A stretch of DNA of 64,000 nucleotides from an uncultured delta proteobacterium (GTDB lineage Bacteria; Desulfobacterota; Zymogenia; Zymogenales; Zymogenaceae), in the NCBI GenBank assembly GCA_963735595.1, contig CAVTLK010000002.1:448001-512000 (forward strand). The letters run 5' to 3'. Under the pieces are notes generated by a model that was not told the origin of the DNA, did no database searches, and worked only from the letters and a program-made list of their open reading frames with translations. Positions within the stretch are counted from its first letter, which is position 1; every line of letters starts with the position of its first letter. Shown piece by piece: positions 29,527-38,866 of the stretch. Position numbers and translations under genes: made by a program.

Positions 29527-30770
29527 TATCGACGACCGGTAAAGAAGACGCGAAATCCCGATCTAACCAGGTGAAGCAAGCGCGCCCGGTAAACTCCCGG
29601 AATGTCGTGGGGATTAATGCCCATCTCATGAGCGATGATATTCCGGTGTGGCAACGCCATCCCCTTAAAGTAATAAAACTTTTTTCGATTGCTGTCAATG
29701 GTAAATCCGAGCAGTATGTCCCCGAAGAAGAGGTAATCGGTGCGCCTGACGGCTGCCCCGATGAGCCGTCCGATCGGACGAGGTGGGCGATAATCGTCCG
29801 GGAGGGGGATACTCCCGGGATACCCGAAGATTTCCCGGATTGACCAGAGATGATAATTCAGCACGGGTAGAAGCCGGTGTCGGAGGGCGATGTCAATCAG
29901 GCTGTCTGAGAACGAGGGACGGCTGTTCTTGATGAGCAGCACCCCGGCATCCATGAACCAGAAATCCATGATGTAGGAGTGGGTGAGGGCGTGCAGTGCC
30001 GTCATAATCAGGGTGTGTCGTGGGTCCGGGGAGCGATAAGGAACACCGTTAATCTCCCGTTGTTCGGAACCGGCAAATATCTCATCTGATTCAATCCGGG
30101 GAAGGTGGGCGCTCGCCGGATTCCTGATATCCCCCACGAACCCGAAGTGAACGTCGATAATCAGTCCCCCCCGGGACCAGGTGCCGGAGTGTTCGCCTCC
30201 GTTGGGACGATACCCCATGTCCGAAAGAATCCCTGTCAGACCCGGGTAATCCTGCCGCCTGACAAGGAAGTCGGCGTCGGTAACGGGCCGGATGGCATTG
30301 TCGTGATAGCAGACAGTGATGAGGTCGTGTCCCTTGAAGAGCACTATGTCAATATTTTTTTCACCGCACCTGGAAAGTATCAGTCCAAGTTCCTTCCTCA
30401 TGGCCGCCGTCGCCATGGCAGTTCGCGCGAGAGCTAGTCGCGCCTTTTCCTTTTCCCTCTCTTCAAGGGCGCCCGAAAGACCCCACCGCGTGAGGGCGCC
30501 CATAACGGCTCCCAGGGAACCTTTCGCTGCGGCAAACGGGATAAGGTCTGGCGGCAGACGATCCGGCAGGTCGCGGGGAGTCACGGGATCTCGGCCGAGC
30601 ATCGTCTCCCATACGAGCCGAATAGCCCTGGCGGTGATCTCCCGGGAATCCGCCGACAGGCGGACACCTTCCGGCCTCTCCCCGGCCGCCCCGCTCAGCC
30701 GGGGAACGCCAAGGGTCGGGAGCAGGCCGAGTCCTGTCTTTTCCCGACAATGTGGTTGTCGTGTCATCAT
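29526..30770 (-). CDS. Nucleotidyltransferase family protein
   Basis: IVLFKGHDL...YHDNAIRPVTDADFLV...IDVH; TAATG overlap with the PqqD gene. Confidence 0.78.
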   Translation of the reverse strand: MMTRQPHCREKTGLGLLPTLGVPRLSGAAGERPEGVRLSADSREITARAIRLVWETMLGRDPVTPRDLPDRLPPDLIPFAAAKGSLGAVMGALTRWGLSGALEEREKEKARLALARTAMATAAMRKELGLILSRCGEKNIDIVLFKGHDLITVCYHDNAIRPVTDADFLVRRQDYPGLTGILSDMGYRPNGGEHSGTWSRGGLIIDVHFGFVGDIRNPASAHLPRIESDEIFAGSEQREINGVPYRSPDPRHTLIMTALHALTHSYIMDFWFMDAGVLLIKNSRPSFSDSLIDIALRHRLLPVLNYHLWSIREIFGYPGSIPLPDDYRPPRPIGRLIGAAVRRTDYLFFGDILLGFTIDSNRKKFYYFKGMALPHRNIIAHEMGINPHDIPGVYRARLLHLVRSGFRVFFTGRR

Positions 30771-31954
30771 TACCGTCCCGGGCCGCATATCAGACTGAAC
30801 GTCTCATTATATACTGTGTCTCGGCCGAAGCGCAAGAGCGCGGTTTCTCTCGCCTTGATCCCGAGCCGTCTTCTGAGGGACTTATCCGAGATGACCGACC
30901 CCAGCTTGAGGGCCAGGTCGTCCGGGTCCGCCGGAGCAAAGAGGAGGCCGTTTTCACCGTCCCGGATCACCTCCGGGATTCCCGTAATCGAGGGGACGAC
31001 AACGGCAAGTCCCGTGGCCATCGCCTCGAGCATCGAAACGGGCAATCCCTCCGATCCGCTTGCCATCACGAAGACGTCGGAGGCGGCAAGCCGATCCCTG
31101 AGGTCTTCGCCCAGCAGGACACCCGTAAAACTGATTCGGTCATCGAGGCCGAGCTCGGCTACCTGCCGTTTGAGGGGAAGATCCAACTCACCGCCGCCCA
31201 CTATCGTCAAGGTAAAATCGACTTTCCGACGCCGGAGGAGCTGCGCGGCCTGGATAATGCGGCTGTGCCCCTTTATCGGATGGAGCCTGCCCACCGTGAT
31301 CAATCTGGTCGCGCCGGCCGGCCGCTCCTTCTTCGGTTCCGGTCGGAAGAAATCCGTATCCACCGGTGAGGGGATCACCCGGATACTGTCTTTCGGGCCG
31401 CCGGCAAGAGAGGCGGTTCGTGACTTGTTATATTCGGTAGGGGTGATAACGAAGGCCGCGTCCGTTATTAACTGCTGCGCGTCGGCCGGGGGAAAAAGGA
31501 GAAGATCCGAACCGTGGACCGTAAGGGTGTAGGGAATTCCAAGCAGGATCGAGCAAGCCCTCGCTCGCGAGGCCGCCGGTGAGAGGGTGTGGGCATGGAT
31601 GCGGCTTATAGCAACCCTATTGAGGAAATGGGCCGCCTCTAGTGACTTGAGGACGAATCTTATCCCCAATAGCTGCCGGTAATCCGAGAAGATGCGCGCC
31701 GTCCTTGCCGGGCTCATCAGGGAAAAACAGGCAAGGGCCCTGATCCATCCCGGGGACGCGAGGGAAAAACTGGTGTAGTTATACCCCGGGTATGCGGTGA
31801 CCGCCTCGGGGAGGTCGTCCGTGTCGGTATCCCAGAGGGGCAGAAGGTATACCTCGTGTCCCCGCGTCCTCAGATGCTCAACCTCGTGATAAATAAAGGT
31901 CGAGAGATTCGAGGGGAGCGATTTAACGAAATAGACAAGCCTCACGGTCGTCAC
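30770..31954 (-). CDS. Glycosyltransferase family 4
   Basis: TVGRLHPIKG, EGLPVSMLEAMATG. Confidence 0.88.
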   Translation of the reverse strand: MTTVRLVYFVKSLPSNLSTFIYHEVEHLRTRGHEVYLLPLWDTDTDDLPEAVTAYPGYNYTSFSLASPGWIRALACFSLMSPARTARIFSDYRQLLGIRFVLKSLEAAHFLNRVAISRIHAHTLSPAASRARACSILLGIPYTLTVHGSDLLLFPPADAQQLITDAAFVITPTEYNKSRTASLAGGPKDSIRVIPSPVDTDFFRPEPKKERPAGATRLITVGRLHPIKGHSRIIQAAQLLRRRKVDFTLTIVGGGELDLPLKRQVAELGLDDRISFTGVLLGEDLRDRLAASDVFVMASGSEGLPVSMLEAMATGLAVVVPSITGIPEVIRDGENGLLFAPADPDDLALKLGSVISDKSLRRRLGIKARETALLRFGRDTVYNETFSLICGPGR

Positions 31955-33345
31955 CGCTCCAAGGCCGGTGATAGGGCCTGTTCGAGTTGGTGCAACGAAA
32001 AGACACAGGCCATGAAAAACCAGTACGGCTCCATGATCCTGACTATAATAAACGAGGCCGCGCCGACGCTGTGGCCCAAAAGGGCGGCGGTTCCGGTGAG
32101 CATCCCGAGGGCAAGACCCTTCAGGAGTGGATCGCGGCTATCACGATAGACGGCATACAGATACAAGCCGATTACCCCGATGAGATAGAAAAAGGCAAAA
32201 AGTCCTATCAGCCCCGTTTCGGCAAGTAACCGAAAGTAGGTGCTGTCGATAAGTCCGACCCCGGTGATTCCCCATCCAAACACGGGGCGCTGCCGCCACT
32301 TATTAATCGAGTACTTGAACGAATAGATCCGCTCCGAGGTAGAACTGTCGAAACCGACGTCGCCGATCACCTGTGTTTTTTCGAAACCGGGGTCCGGCAC
32401 GAAGGTCTCCATGACTCGCCCTTTGACCTTTTCCGGAAGAATAAACGGGGTCGCAAGGATAAAGACGAGCATTAGAAACGACAGGAGGAGCTTCTTGTTG
32501 CTGAAGATGAACACCATAATGAACATCGGGATCGCGGCGAGGTATGAGCTGCGGGAAAGCGTGAAAAGGAAGGGAACGAATAGCAGACCGATAAAGCAGG
32601 GCAGGATGATCTTGAGCCGCTCGTCCCGATTGACCGCCCAGAGGCCGGCCAGCACCGATATTATCAATATGAGGTACCCCCCCAGCGTATTGGGCTCGCC
32701 GTTTGTGCCTTCAAACGGAGCGGTAACCCTATCCCCAAAGGGTATCTGGATAAAGGCGTACAGGGCCGTGAACAGCGCTACAATAAAGGCGGCGAGGACG
32801 AACCTCCGGACCTGGTCTCGATCCGAGATGTTATTTGCGAACATAAAGAAGACAAGGAAATACTCCATATACTTGAAGACGTACAGGAGTCCGGACCCAA
32901 GATTTACTTTGCCGAATATCGCCCCGAGAAGTGTCGCCACAAAGCAGACAAGGACGTAAACCTTGATAGGGCGGTTGAGGGGTGTCTTGACGATCAGCCC
33001 CACCCCCTCGTAGAGCGCGGTTTTGATGACCCAGGAGAAAAATGTGACGAGGATGATGATATCCTCAACCCGGAAAATGAGGCTTCTCTCCTCGGCAAGA
33101 TCGCCGCCGAAGGAAAACTCCGGGGAAAAGAGCATGGCAAATATGATGAGATAGAGGGCCATCTCGGTATTGAAGAAACAGATGGCCGAGGCCATGATCC
33201 CGAGTATGAGGATCACCATCTTGAGCTGCACCCCCCCGGATACCAGGAAGGCCAGCAGCACGATAAAGAAAAGCATGAGGCCGAGAACGACGAAGATAGA
33301 CGGGTTTACCGATCTCTTTTCGGATCTATGTCCGCCGATCCTCAT
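31951..33345 (-). CDS. O-antigen ligase / Wzy-like polymerase membrane protein
   Basis: Many TM helices; EPNTLGGYL, FTLSRSS, RPVFGWG. Confidence 0.78.
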   Translation of the reverse strand: MRIGGHRSEKRSVNPSIFVVLGLMLFFIVLLAFLVSGGVQLKMVILILGIMASAICFFNTEMALYLIIFAMLFSPEFSFGGDLAEERSLIFRVEDIIILVTFFSWVIKTALYEGVGLIVKTPLNRPIKVYVLVCFVATLLGAIFGKVNLGSGLLYVFKYMEYFLVFFMFANNISDRDQVRRFVLAAFIVALFTALYAFIQIPFGDRVTAPFEGTNGEPNTLGGYLILIISVLAGLWAVNRDERLKIILPCFIGLLFVPFLFTLSRSSYLAAIPMFIMVFIFSNKKLLLSFLMLVFILATPFILPEKVKGRVMETFVPDPGFEKTQVIGDVGFDSSTSERIYSFKYSINKWRQRPVFGWGITGVGLIDSTYFRLLAETGLIGLFAFFYLIGVIGLYLYAVYRDSRDPLLKGLALGMLTGTAALLGHSVGAASFIIVRIMEPYWFFMACVFSLHQLEQALSPALER

Positions 33346-33361
33346 GATACGGGCCCGTCGC

Positions 33362-35620
33362 TCATTTCTTGTCTTCTTTTTTCCTTAGCGGCCGGGTAAG
33401 GTTCGCCACGACGTCCGCGACGGTCCGGGATAGCTGCCGGGGGGAGAGGGAATCCCTGAACTTCTCCCAGTCCGAGGCCCGTTTCGGCGGCTTACCCTCC
33501 TCGTAGTAATACTGGTAGTGATAGTCGTAGTACTCTGGACCGTATTCGGGGCGGACGTTATTAAGAATGATTCCGAGTATGTTCGCCTTGACGGTGGTGA
33601 GGTGCGACTTGGTCCGCTTAAGCACCCCGCGGGCGATCTTGCCAACCTCATAGAGGACGATGACGCCCTCTACCTTTTGGGAGAGGAGGACCGCGTCGGT
33701 AACCGGCAGGACCGGGGTCGAGTCGAAGATAATGAGGTCGTACTCGGCCTTGACCTCCTCGATAAACTTCGACATTTGGCGGGAGCTCAGCAGCTCGGCC
33801 GGGTTGGTCGGAAAGGCGCCGGAGGTAATAATGGTGAGATTGGCCAGCTCCGGGGACTTCATCAGCATGTCCATTTCCAATCCGCCCAGGAGGATATCGT
33901 TGATGTCCCGGGTAACCTGCCGCCACGGAACGATTCCAAGGACTACCTCCGAGAGGCCCGGAGAGCGTTCGATGCCGAATATTTTGGCGATCGTACCGCG
34001 CCGGAGGTCGGCCTCCACCAGCAGCGTCCGGTAACCGCCGAGGGCCAGTGTGATGGCGGTGTTGATGCTGTTAATGGTCTTGCCTTCCTGAAGCGAGGAG
34101 CTGGTGATCATGAAGGTTTTAATTCCCTTTTCCTGGTGCAGGAATACGATATTAGTGCGCAGCGACCGGTATGCCTCGATCACCGGTGATTTGGGAGGCA
34201 TCGTGATGATCAAAAGGGAGCTCTTTTGCTGATCGACGGGTGGTTCTTCCCCCTTTCGTTCGGTCTCCGTCGTAATCGAGGGGATTACCCCGAGTACGGG
34301 GAGTTCCAGGTAGCTTTCCACGTCCTCGATCGTTCCTATGGAAGTATCCATGTTCTCCATGACGATGGCAAAGAAGATGCCCAGGAACAGGCCGAGCAGC
34401 ATACCGATAAGGAGAGACGAGAATATCCTCGGCGAATTAATCGGGTTTTCCGGTGCGAGGGCGGGGGCTACGAGGGCCACCTCCACCACCATGCCTGACT
34501 CCTGGATAAGGATCTCCTGATACTTTGAGGAAAGCTCGGCATACAGGTTGCTCTGAAGCTCCACCTCGCGCTCGTATTTTGCCAGGTTGAGGTTATCGGC
34601 GGGGTACTCGGCCGCCCGTCCCTTGTACTTGCCGATATCTTTGTTAAGGCTCGCCATCCTGACCCCGTTGGAGGAGATTCGCGAGGCGACGTCGCTGTTA
34701 ATCAGCGCAAGGATATTATTGATCTTATCGTTGAGATCGATGATCTTGGGATGATTGACGGTATAGACCGTCATGAGCTCGTCGCGCTCAAGCTTGAGCT
34801 TCTGGAGCTCCGTATTCAGCGAGAAGAGGTTGCTGTGGACGTCTTCCTCGAGGATAGGGAATAGTTCTTTACCGCTTGTGTCTTTGGACGAAAGCCTCCT
34901 TTTGAAGGCGGACAGGTCGTCGTTCTCACGTCCGAGGCTTTCATATTCCGTTTCGAGGACGACCAATGAATTCAGGTCGTTGTTTGTCTGCGCATCGAGA
35001 ACGACGATGTTGCGTTCCTGTTGAAAGTTCTTAAGGTCTTCCTCGGCCTGTTTGAGACGTCCGGTGATCAGGTTGAGCTGCTTTTCTATGAACTCCTTTG
35101 TGTCGAGCGTCCGCGTATTGATCTGCTCGCGGTTATAGTCACGGTAGCTTTCCGCCACCGCATTAGCGATATCTGCGGCCATCTCGGGGTCAACGGAAGT
35201 AACCATGATGTTTATAATGTTCGTGTTTTCTTCTATCTCGCAGACGATCTGGCCCTCTAACCCCGAGATGACGGCCATATGCTCCTTTGATTTGAGGATC
35301 TCGGCAGGCGTGAGCTTCGAGTTGAGATAGCCGAGCTTCCGTGCGGCCTTTTCGAGAACCGGAAAGCTTGTGATGATCTTGGTCTGAGAGTTAATGTTGT
35401 CGTAGGGCGAGTAGTAGTAGACGGGCGACGTTATACCCGCAAGAGACCTGGTCTGGTCATACGAGACCTTGGCGACCGCCCGGTAGAGAAGGTTTGGGGA
35501 CTGTATCTTGGCAAAGACAACACTCAGGATGCCGAGCACAACCATCGAAAAGATAATGATATTTTTCCGTCGTCTCAGGATACGGATGAGGTCTTTGAGC
35601 TGTATCTCGTACTGGGGCAT
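33362..35620 (-). CDS. wzc: Wzc-like polysaccharide co-polymerase / tyrosine autokinase
   Basis: Two TM helices flanking a coiled coil; EAYRSLRTN, ITSSSLQEGKT, EADLRR, DSTP and a C-terminal Tyr cluster YYDYHYQYYY. Confidence 0.85.
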   Translation of the reverse strand: MPQYEIQLKDLIRILRRRKNIIIFSMVVLGILSVVFAKIQSPNLLYRAVAKVSYDQTRSLAGITSPVYYYSPYDNINSQTKIITSFPVLEKAARKLGYLNSKLTPAEILKSKEHMAVISGLEGQIVCEIEENTNIINIMVTSVDPEMAADIANAVAESYRDYNREQINTRTLDTKEFIEKQLNLITGRLKQAEEDLKNFQQERNIVVLDAQTNNDLNSLVVLETEYESLGRENDDLSAFKRRLSSKDTSGKELFPILEEDVHSNLFSLNTELQKLKLERDELMTVYTVNHPKIIDLNDKINNILALINSDVASRISSNGVRMASLNKDIGKYKGRAAEYPADNLNLAKYEREVELQSNLYAELSSKYQEILIQESGMVVEVALVAPALAPENPINSPRIFSSLLIGMLLGLFLGIFFAIVMENMDTSIGTIEDVESYLELPVLGVIPSITTETERKGEEPPVDQQKSSLLIITMPPKSPVIEAYRSLRTNIVFLHQEKGIKTFMITSSSLQEGKTINSINTAITLALGGYRTLLVEADLRRGTIAKIFGIERSPGLSEVVLGIVPWRQVTRDINDILLGGLEMDMLMKSPELANLTIITSGAFPTNPAELLSSRQMSKFIEEVKAEYDLIIFDSTPVLPVTDAVLLSQKVEGVIVLYEVGKIARGVLKRTKSHLTTVKANILGIILNNVRPEYGPEYYDYHYQYYYEEGKPPKRASDWEKFRDSLSPRQLSRTVADVVANLTRPLRKKEDKK

Positions 35621-35722
35621 AGCATTGTCTCACATTCGGTTTGTTCGCGTTGCCCCGCGTCAATCCGGGCAATCGGTCAGCGCGAGATGTAACGCGAAGA
35701 AAATCCCCCCGATGGGGCGGCC

Positions 35723-36406
35723 CTATAAACCAAGCACCGAGCCAAGCACAAATATGTCCAGGATCGGCTTTATCTGCATAATGAAGTAATTGATGTCGGA
35801 AATTACCGTAGACGGTACAAAGATGATGTCCCCGGCCTGGAGCATAACGTTTTCCGAAAGGTCACCCTTATGAAATATTCTTGAGGCGTTGGCAACGATA
35901 ACCGTGGGATTGTTGTTGTAATCGCCCCGAATAACCAGGGTATTGTGAAGTTTCGCGGCCCGCGTCGGTCCTCCGCCGGCCGCGAGCATGGAGACCAGGG
36001 TCCGGCCTTTATCCAGCTCATAAACCCCGGGATTTTTTACTTCGCCGATCAGGTAGACGACTGCCGCGAGAGAAGCGGTAAGCCTCGGATTCACGTAGTA
36101 GGTGGAAACCTCTCTGGTCAGGTACTCCTTTAATTCGGCTTCCGTGAGGCCGACCACCTTGAGGCCGGTCATGAACATGAGGTCTATCGTACCGTCGCTT
36201 TTCACCTGGGCCTCAAGTTCTTTAGGCTGGTCAACTTCCCATATGGTGACATGGATCGTATCACCGGGCGTGATCCGATGCTGATACATCGCGGCCTTTT
36301 CGGGTGTCGAGGACAGCGTGTCGGCCTCGATACTTCTCGTTGAAGCGCAGGAAGTAATAACCAGCGCGGCACAGATCATAATAGTGATGAGTATGTTCCT
36401 TTTCAT
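35723..36406 (-). CDS. wza: Polysaccharide export lipoprotein (Wza-like, SLBB)
   Basis: Lipobox ITSC; ITPGDTIHV, DGTIDL, GEVKNPGVY, LQAGDIIFVP. Confidence 0.82.
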   Translation of the reverse strand: MKRNILITIMICAALVITSCASTRSIEADTLSSTPEKAAMYQHRITPGDTIHVTIWEVDQPKELEAQVKSDGTIDLMFMTGLKVVGLTEAELKEYLTREVSTYYVNPRLTASLAAVVYLIGEVKNPGVYELDKGRTLVSMLAAGGGPTRAAKLHNTLVIRGDYNNNPTVIVANASRIFHKGDLSENVMLQAGDIIFVPSTVISDINYFIMQIKPILDIFVLGSVLGL

Positions 36407-36415
36407 GTCGTCCCT

Positions 36416-37459
36416 TTAGGTGAAGGTTCGCTCGTCAACAGGCTCTGCAATATAGAGGAGATGCTCCTCCATAAGGTTTACCGTCTTGGGTTTGATCAGG
36501 CGCTCGCCGTCGGGGCCAAACAGGACCTGCACAACGTGCCGAAAATGGGCTTTGCTCATTGTTGCGATGACCCTGCCGACCTCCCGATTGTTGAGCCGAA
36601 CGAAACTCCCCACCGGAAACATAGTAACTTCTTCGAGGAAGGCCTTGACAATCCTCGTGTCGAACTTACCTCTCATTTTTTCGAGGATTTCCTTTATCGC
36701 CGTAAGCGGGAGCACGCGCTGACGATATGGCCGGATATGAGTCATCGCCTCGTAGCAGTCGGCAAGTCCGACGATCCGGGCAAAGAGCGATACTTCGTTT
36801 CCCGCCAGAGCGTTTGGGTAGCCGGACCCGTCCAGGCGCTCGTGCTCCTGATAGGCCGTATCCGAGAGGTAGCGGTAGGGCTCCGGGAGGTTGAGCAGGA
36901 TTTCTTTACCGTAGTCCGGGTGCTTTTCAATCTGCCGGCGTTCGGAGTCGGAGTACCTTTCTTTCTTGCCGAGTATTCCGTTTTGGAGTTGGGTGATACC
37001 GATGTCATGAAAAAGGCCGGCCAGAAAAAGACTGCACTGTTCTTTATTCGAGAGCCCGAGCCGTTTGCCGATCTTGATGGAAATCAACGCGGTCCAGAGG
37101 CAATTCTTGAGATAGTCCGTTTCGTCGTAATCTCTGTACTCCTGAAGCATGTAGATATTGTTGTATTTATCAACGGAACTGACGAATTTTTCAGCCAGCG
37201 GCTCAAAGGTATCGATTGAAAAAATCTTTCCATTCCGGATTACGGAAAAAGCGCGTTCGAGGGCCGCAATCGTTCTTTCGAGGAAGATCTTGGCCTCCTC
37301 TTCTTCCATAGTGGTAGGAGCACGCAGTCCCGGAGATATCCGTTCGCCCATAATATCGTCGGCGGTCAGGACGTCGCTGATGGATACGCGGGTCTGCCCG
37401 GTTCCCTTAGGCTTGTTGATGAGCTCTTGGTTTTTGATAATGTCTGATATCCGTACCAT
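36416..37459 (-). CDS. HD-GYP domain protein
   Basis: LFHDIG, EHERLDGSGYP, ADCYEAMTHIRPYR. Confidence 0.82.
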   Translation of the reverse strand: MVRISDIIKNQELINKPKGTGQTRVSISDVLTADDIMGERISPGLRAPTTMEEEEAKIFLERTIAALERAFSVIRNGKIFSIDTFEPLAEKFVSSVDKYNNIYMLQEYRDYDETDYLKNCLWTALISIKIGKRLGLSNKEQCSLFLAGLFHDIGITQLQNGILGKKERYSDSERRQIEKHPDYGKEILLNLPEPYRYLSDTAYQEHERLDGSGYPNALAGNEVSLFARIVGLADCYEAMTHIRPYRQRVLPLTAIKEILEKMRGKFDTRIVKAFLEEVTMFPVGSFVRLNNREVGRVIATMSKAHFRHVVQVLFGPDGERLIKPKTVNLMEEHLLYIAEPVDERTFT

Positions 37460-38255
37460 CTATGCTCTCGTCAATGAGGTTGGCGATGATCTTTGAATCT
37501 ATACTGGTGGCTTTCTCGCTCCAGCCGACCAAAAGACCCATATCGCAAATGTTATTGATCTTACGCGGTATCCCGTCGGAATAGTGATAGATCTTCTCAA
37601 TTGCCTCGGTGGTAAAGATGTTCTTCGCAAGTCCCGCGCGCTTGAGCCTATAACCGATGTATCTAACCGTTTCATCATGGTTGAGGCGCGTCAGGTGGTA
37701 GCGGATGGCGATGCGCTGCTCGAATTGCGGAATCGTCCCTACCACGTCTCTCAGCTCGGGCTGTCCCATGAGGATAAGGGTCAGGAGGAAACGGTTGTTC
37801 AGCTGGAAATTCAATAAGAGCCTCAGCTCCTCAAAAGTTGATTTGTCTCCAATGAGCTGGGCCTCGTCAATGATAATGACGGAGTCTTTTTCCGCGGCAA
37901 GGTTCTTGAAAAGAATCCGGTTGAGGGAATGCAGGAGGTCCATTTTGTTCTTCCCCTCCGCCTGCCCGATAAACTGGTAAATAATCTCCTGGATAAAGAG
38001 GGAAGGGGAGAGCCTCGGGTTCTCGATGATCGCCACTTCGTAGTTTTCGGGGGGCAGACTCTGGAGCAGGGTTCGGGCAAGCGTCGTTTTGCCACTCCCG
38101 ACCTCGCCGGAGAGCATGATACAACCCTTTCTCCGCGATATTCCGTAGAGCATCCGCGAGAGGGCCTCTTTGTGCTGAGGCGACTCATAGAGGAACGAGG
38201 GGTCGGGTACGTTTTCGAACGGGGCCTCGGTCAGCCCCCAATATTTCTCATACAT
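37407..38255 (-). CDS. ExeA/GspA-like AAA ATPase
   Basis: MYEKYWGLTEAPFENVPDP, GEVGSGKTT, IIDEAQ, LMGQPEL, GIPRKIN. Confidence 0.85.
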   Translation of the reverse strand: MYEKYWGLTEAPFENVPDPSFLYESPQHKEALSRMLYGISRRKGCIMLSGEVGSGKTTLARTLLQSLPPENYEVAIIENPRLSPSLFIQEIIYQFIGQAEGKNKMDLLHSLNRILFKNLAAEKDSVIIIDEAQLIGDKSTFEELRLLLNFQLNNRFLLTLILMGQPELRDVVGTIPQFEQRIAIRYHLTRLNHDETVRYIGYRLKRAGLAKNIFTTEAIEKIYHYSDGIPRKINNICDMGLLVGWSEKATSIDSKIIANLIDESIDGTDIRHYQKPRAHQQA

Positions 38256-38478
38256 CGCTTCACCTATACCGTCACTATCCGAGCGCACTGAACGTATTCC
38301 GAGTGCGGTCCATATTATTACAGTATATTAGTAATATATACTATAAGTATATATAAGTCTATTTCTTTTTAGCTCACTCATTTCCACGCGGACGTATATC
38401 CTCAGTCAATCTATCGTTATCGGATCATGCGCCAGGCGCGAAACGATCACGTATCCTGTAAGCACATATATGATTAAA

Positions 38479-38494
38479 AGCAAATTACATGCCA
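38479..38494 (-). promoter_or_regulatory. sigma54 (-24/-12) promoter
   Basis: TGGCATGTAATTTGCT on the minus strand; GG-N10-GC, one mismatch to TGGCAC-N5-TTGC. Confidence 0.8.
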
Positions 38495-38541
38495 CATTGG
38501 TGATATCGTGTCAAATAAGCTATTCTTACTATCTTCAATTA

Positions 38542-38554
38542 TATCAATTAGTTA
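38542..38554 (+). promoter_or_regulatory. IHF binding site
   Basis: TATCAATTAGTTA matches WATCAANNNNTTR; about 50 bp upstream of the sigma54 promoter. Confidence 0.65.
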
Positions 38555-38606
38555 ACGGAAGGGGAGCTCATCGGGGTGATGAAAGGCTCTGCGTGTGTGC
38601 TATTAA

Positions 38607-38784
38607 TGCAACATTTTTTGCAGAGGGATACGCACTATTGTACAATTATTTTGCAGGGAAAGGACCACGTGGGAAAGAGACATTTAACTATTCAATATTC
38701 TTAGTATATATTATGGGTATTCATTGTGTTGCCTGGGGCCGTGATAATCAGCGTTAAGATTCAAAACTGCAACATTAATGTTGC
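38607..38784. promoter_or_regulatory. Putative enhancer (UAS) sites for the sigma54 activator
   Basis: TGCAACATTTTTTGCA at 38607-38622, TGTTGC near 38727, and the perfect palindrome GCAACATTAATGTTGC at 38769-38784. Confidence 0.55.
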
Positions 38785-38866
38785 TCTCAATTACACATAA
38801 AGAAACACCACGAGACCGTTCATGTCCGGACGCCGGTACAGCAGTACGACCGGTCTACTCGAAGGC

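Noticed and set aside
33490..33545. Tyr cluster in Wzc as related to the Tyr-rich precursors
   Set aside because: This is the normal BY-kinase autophosphorylation tail.
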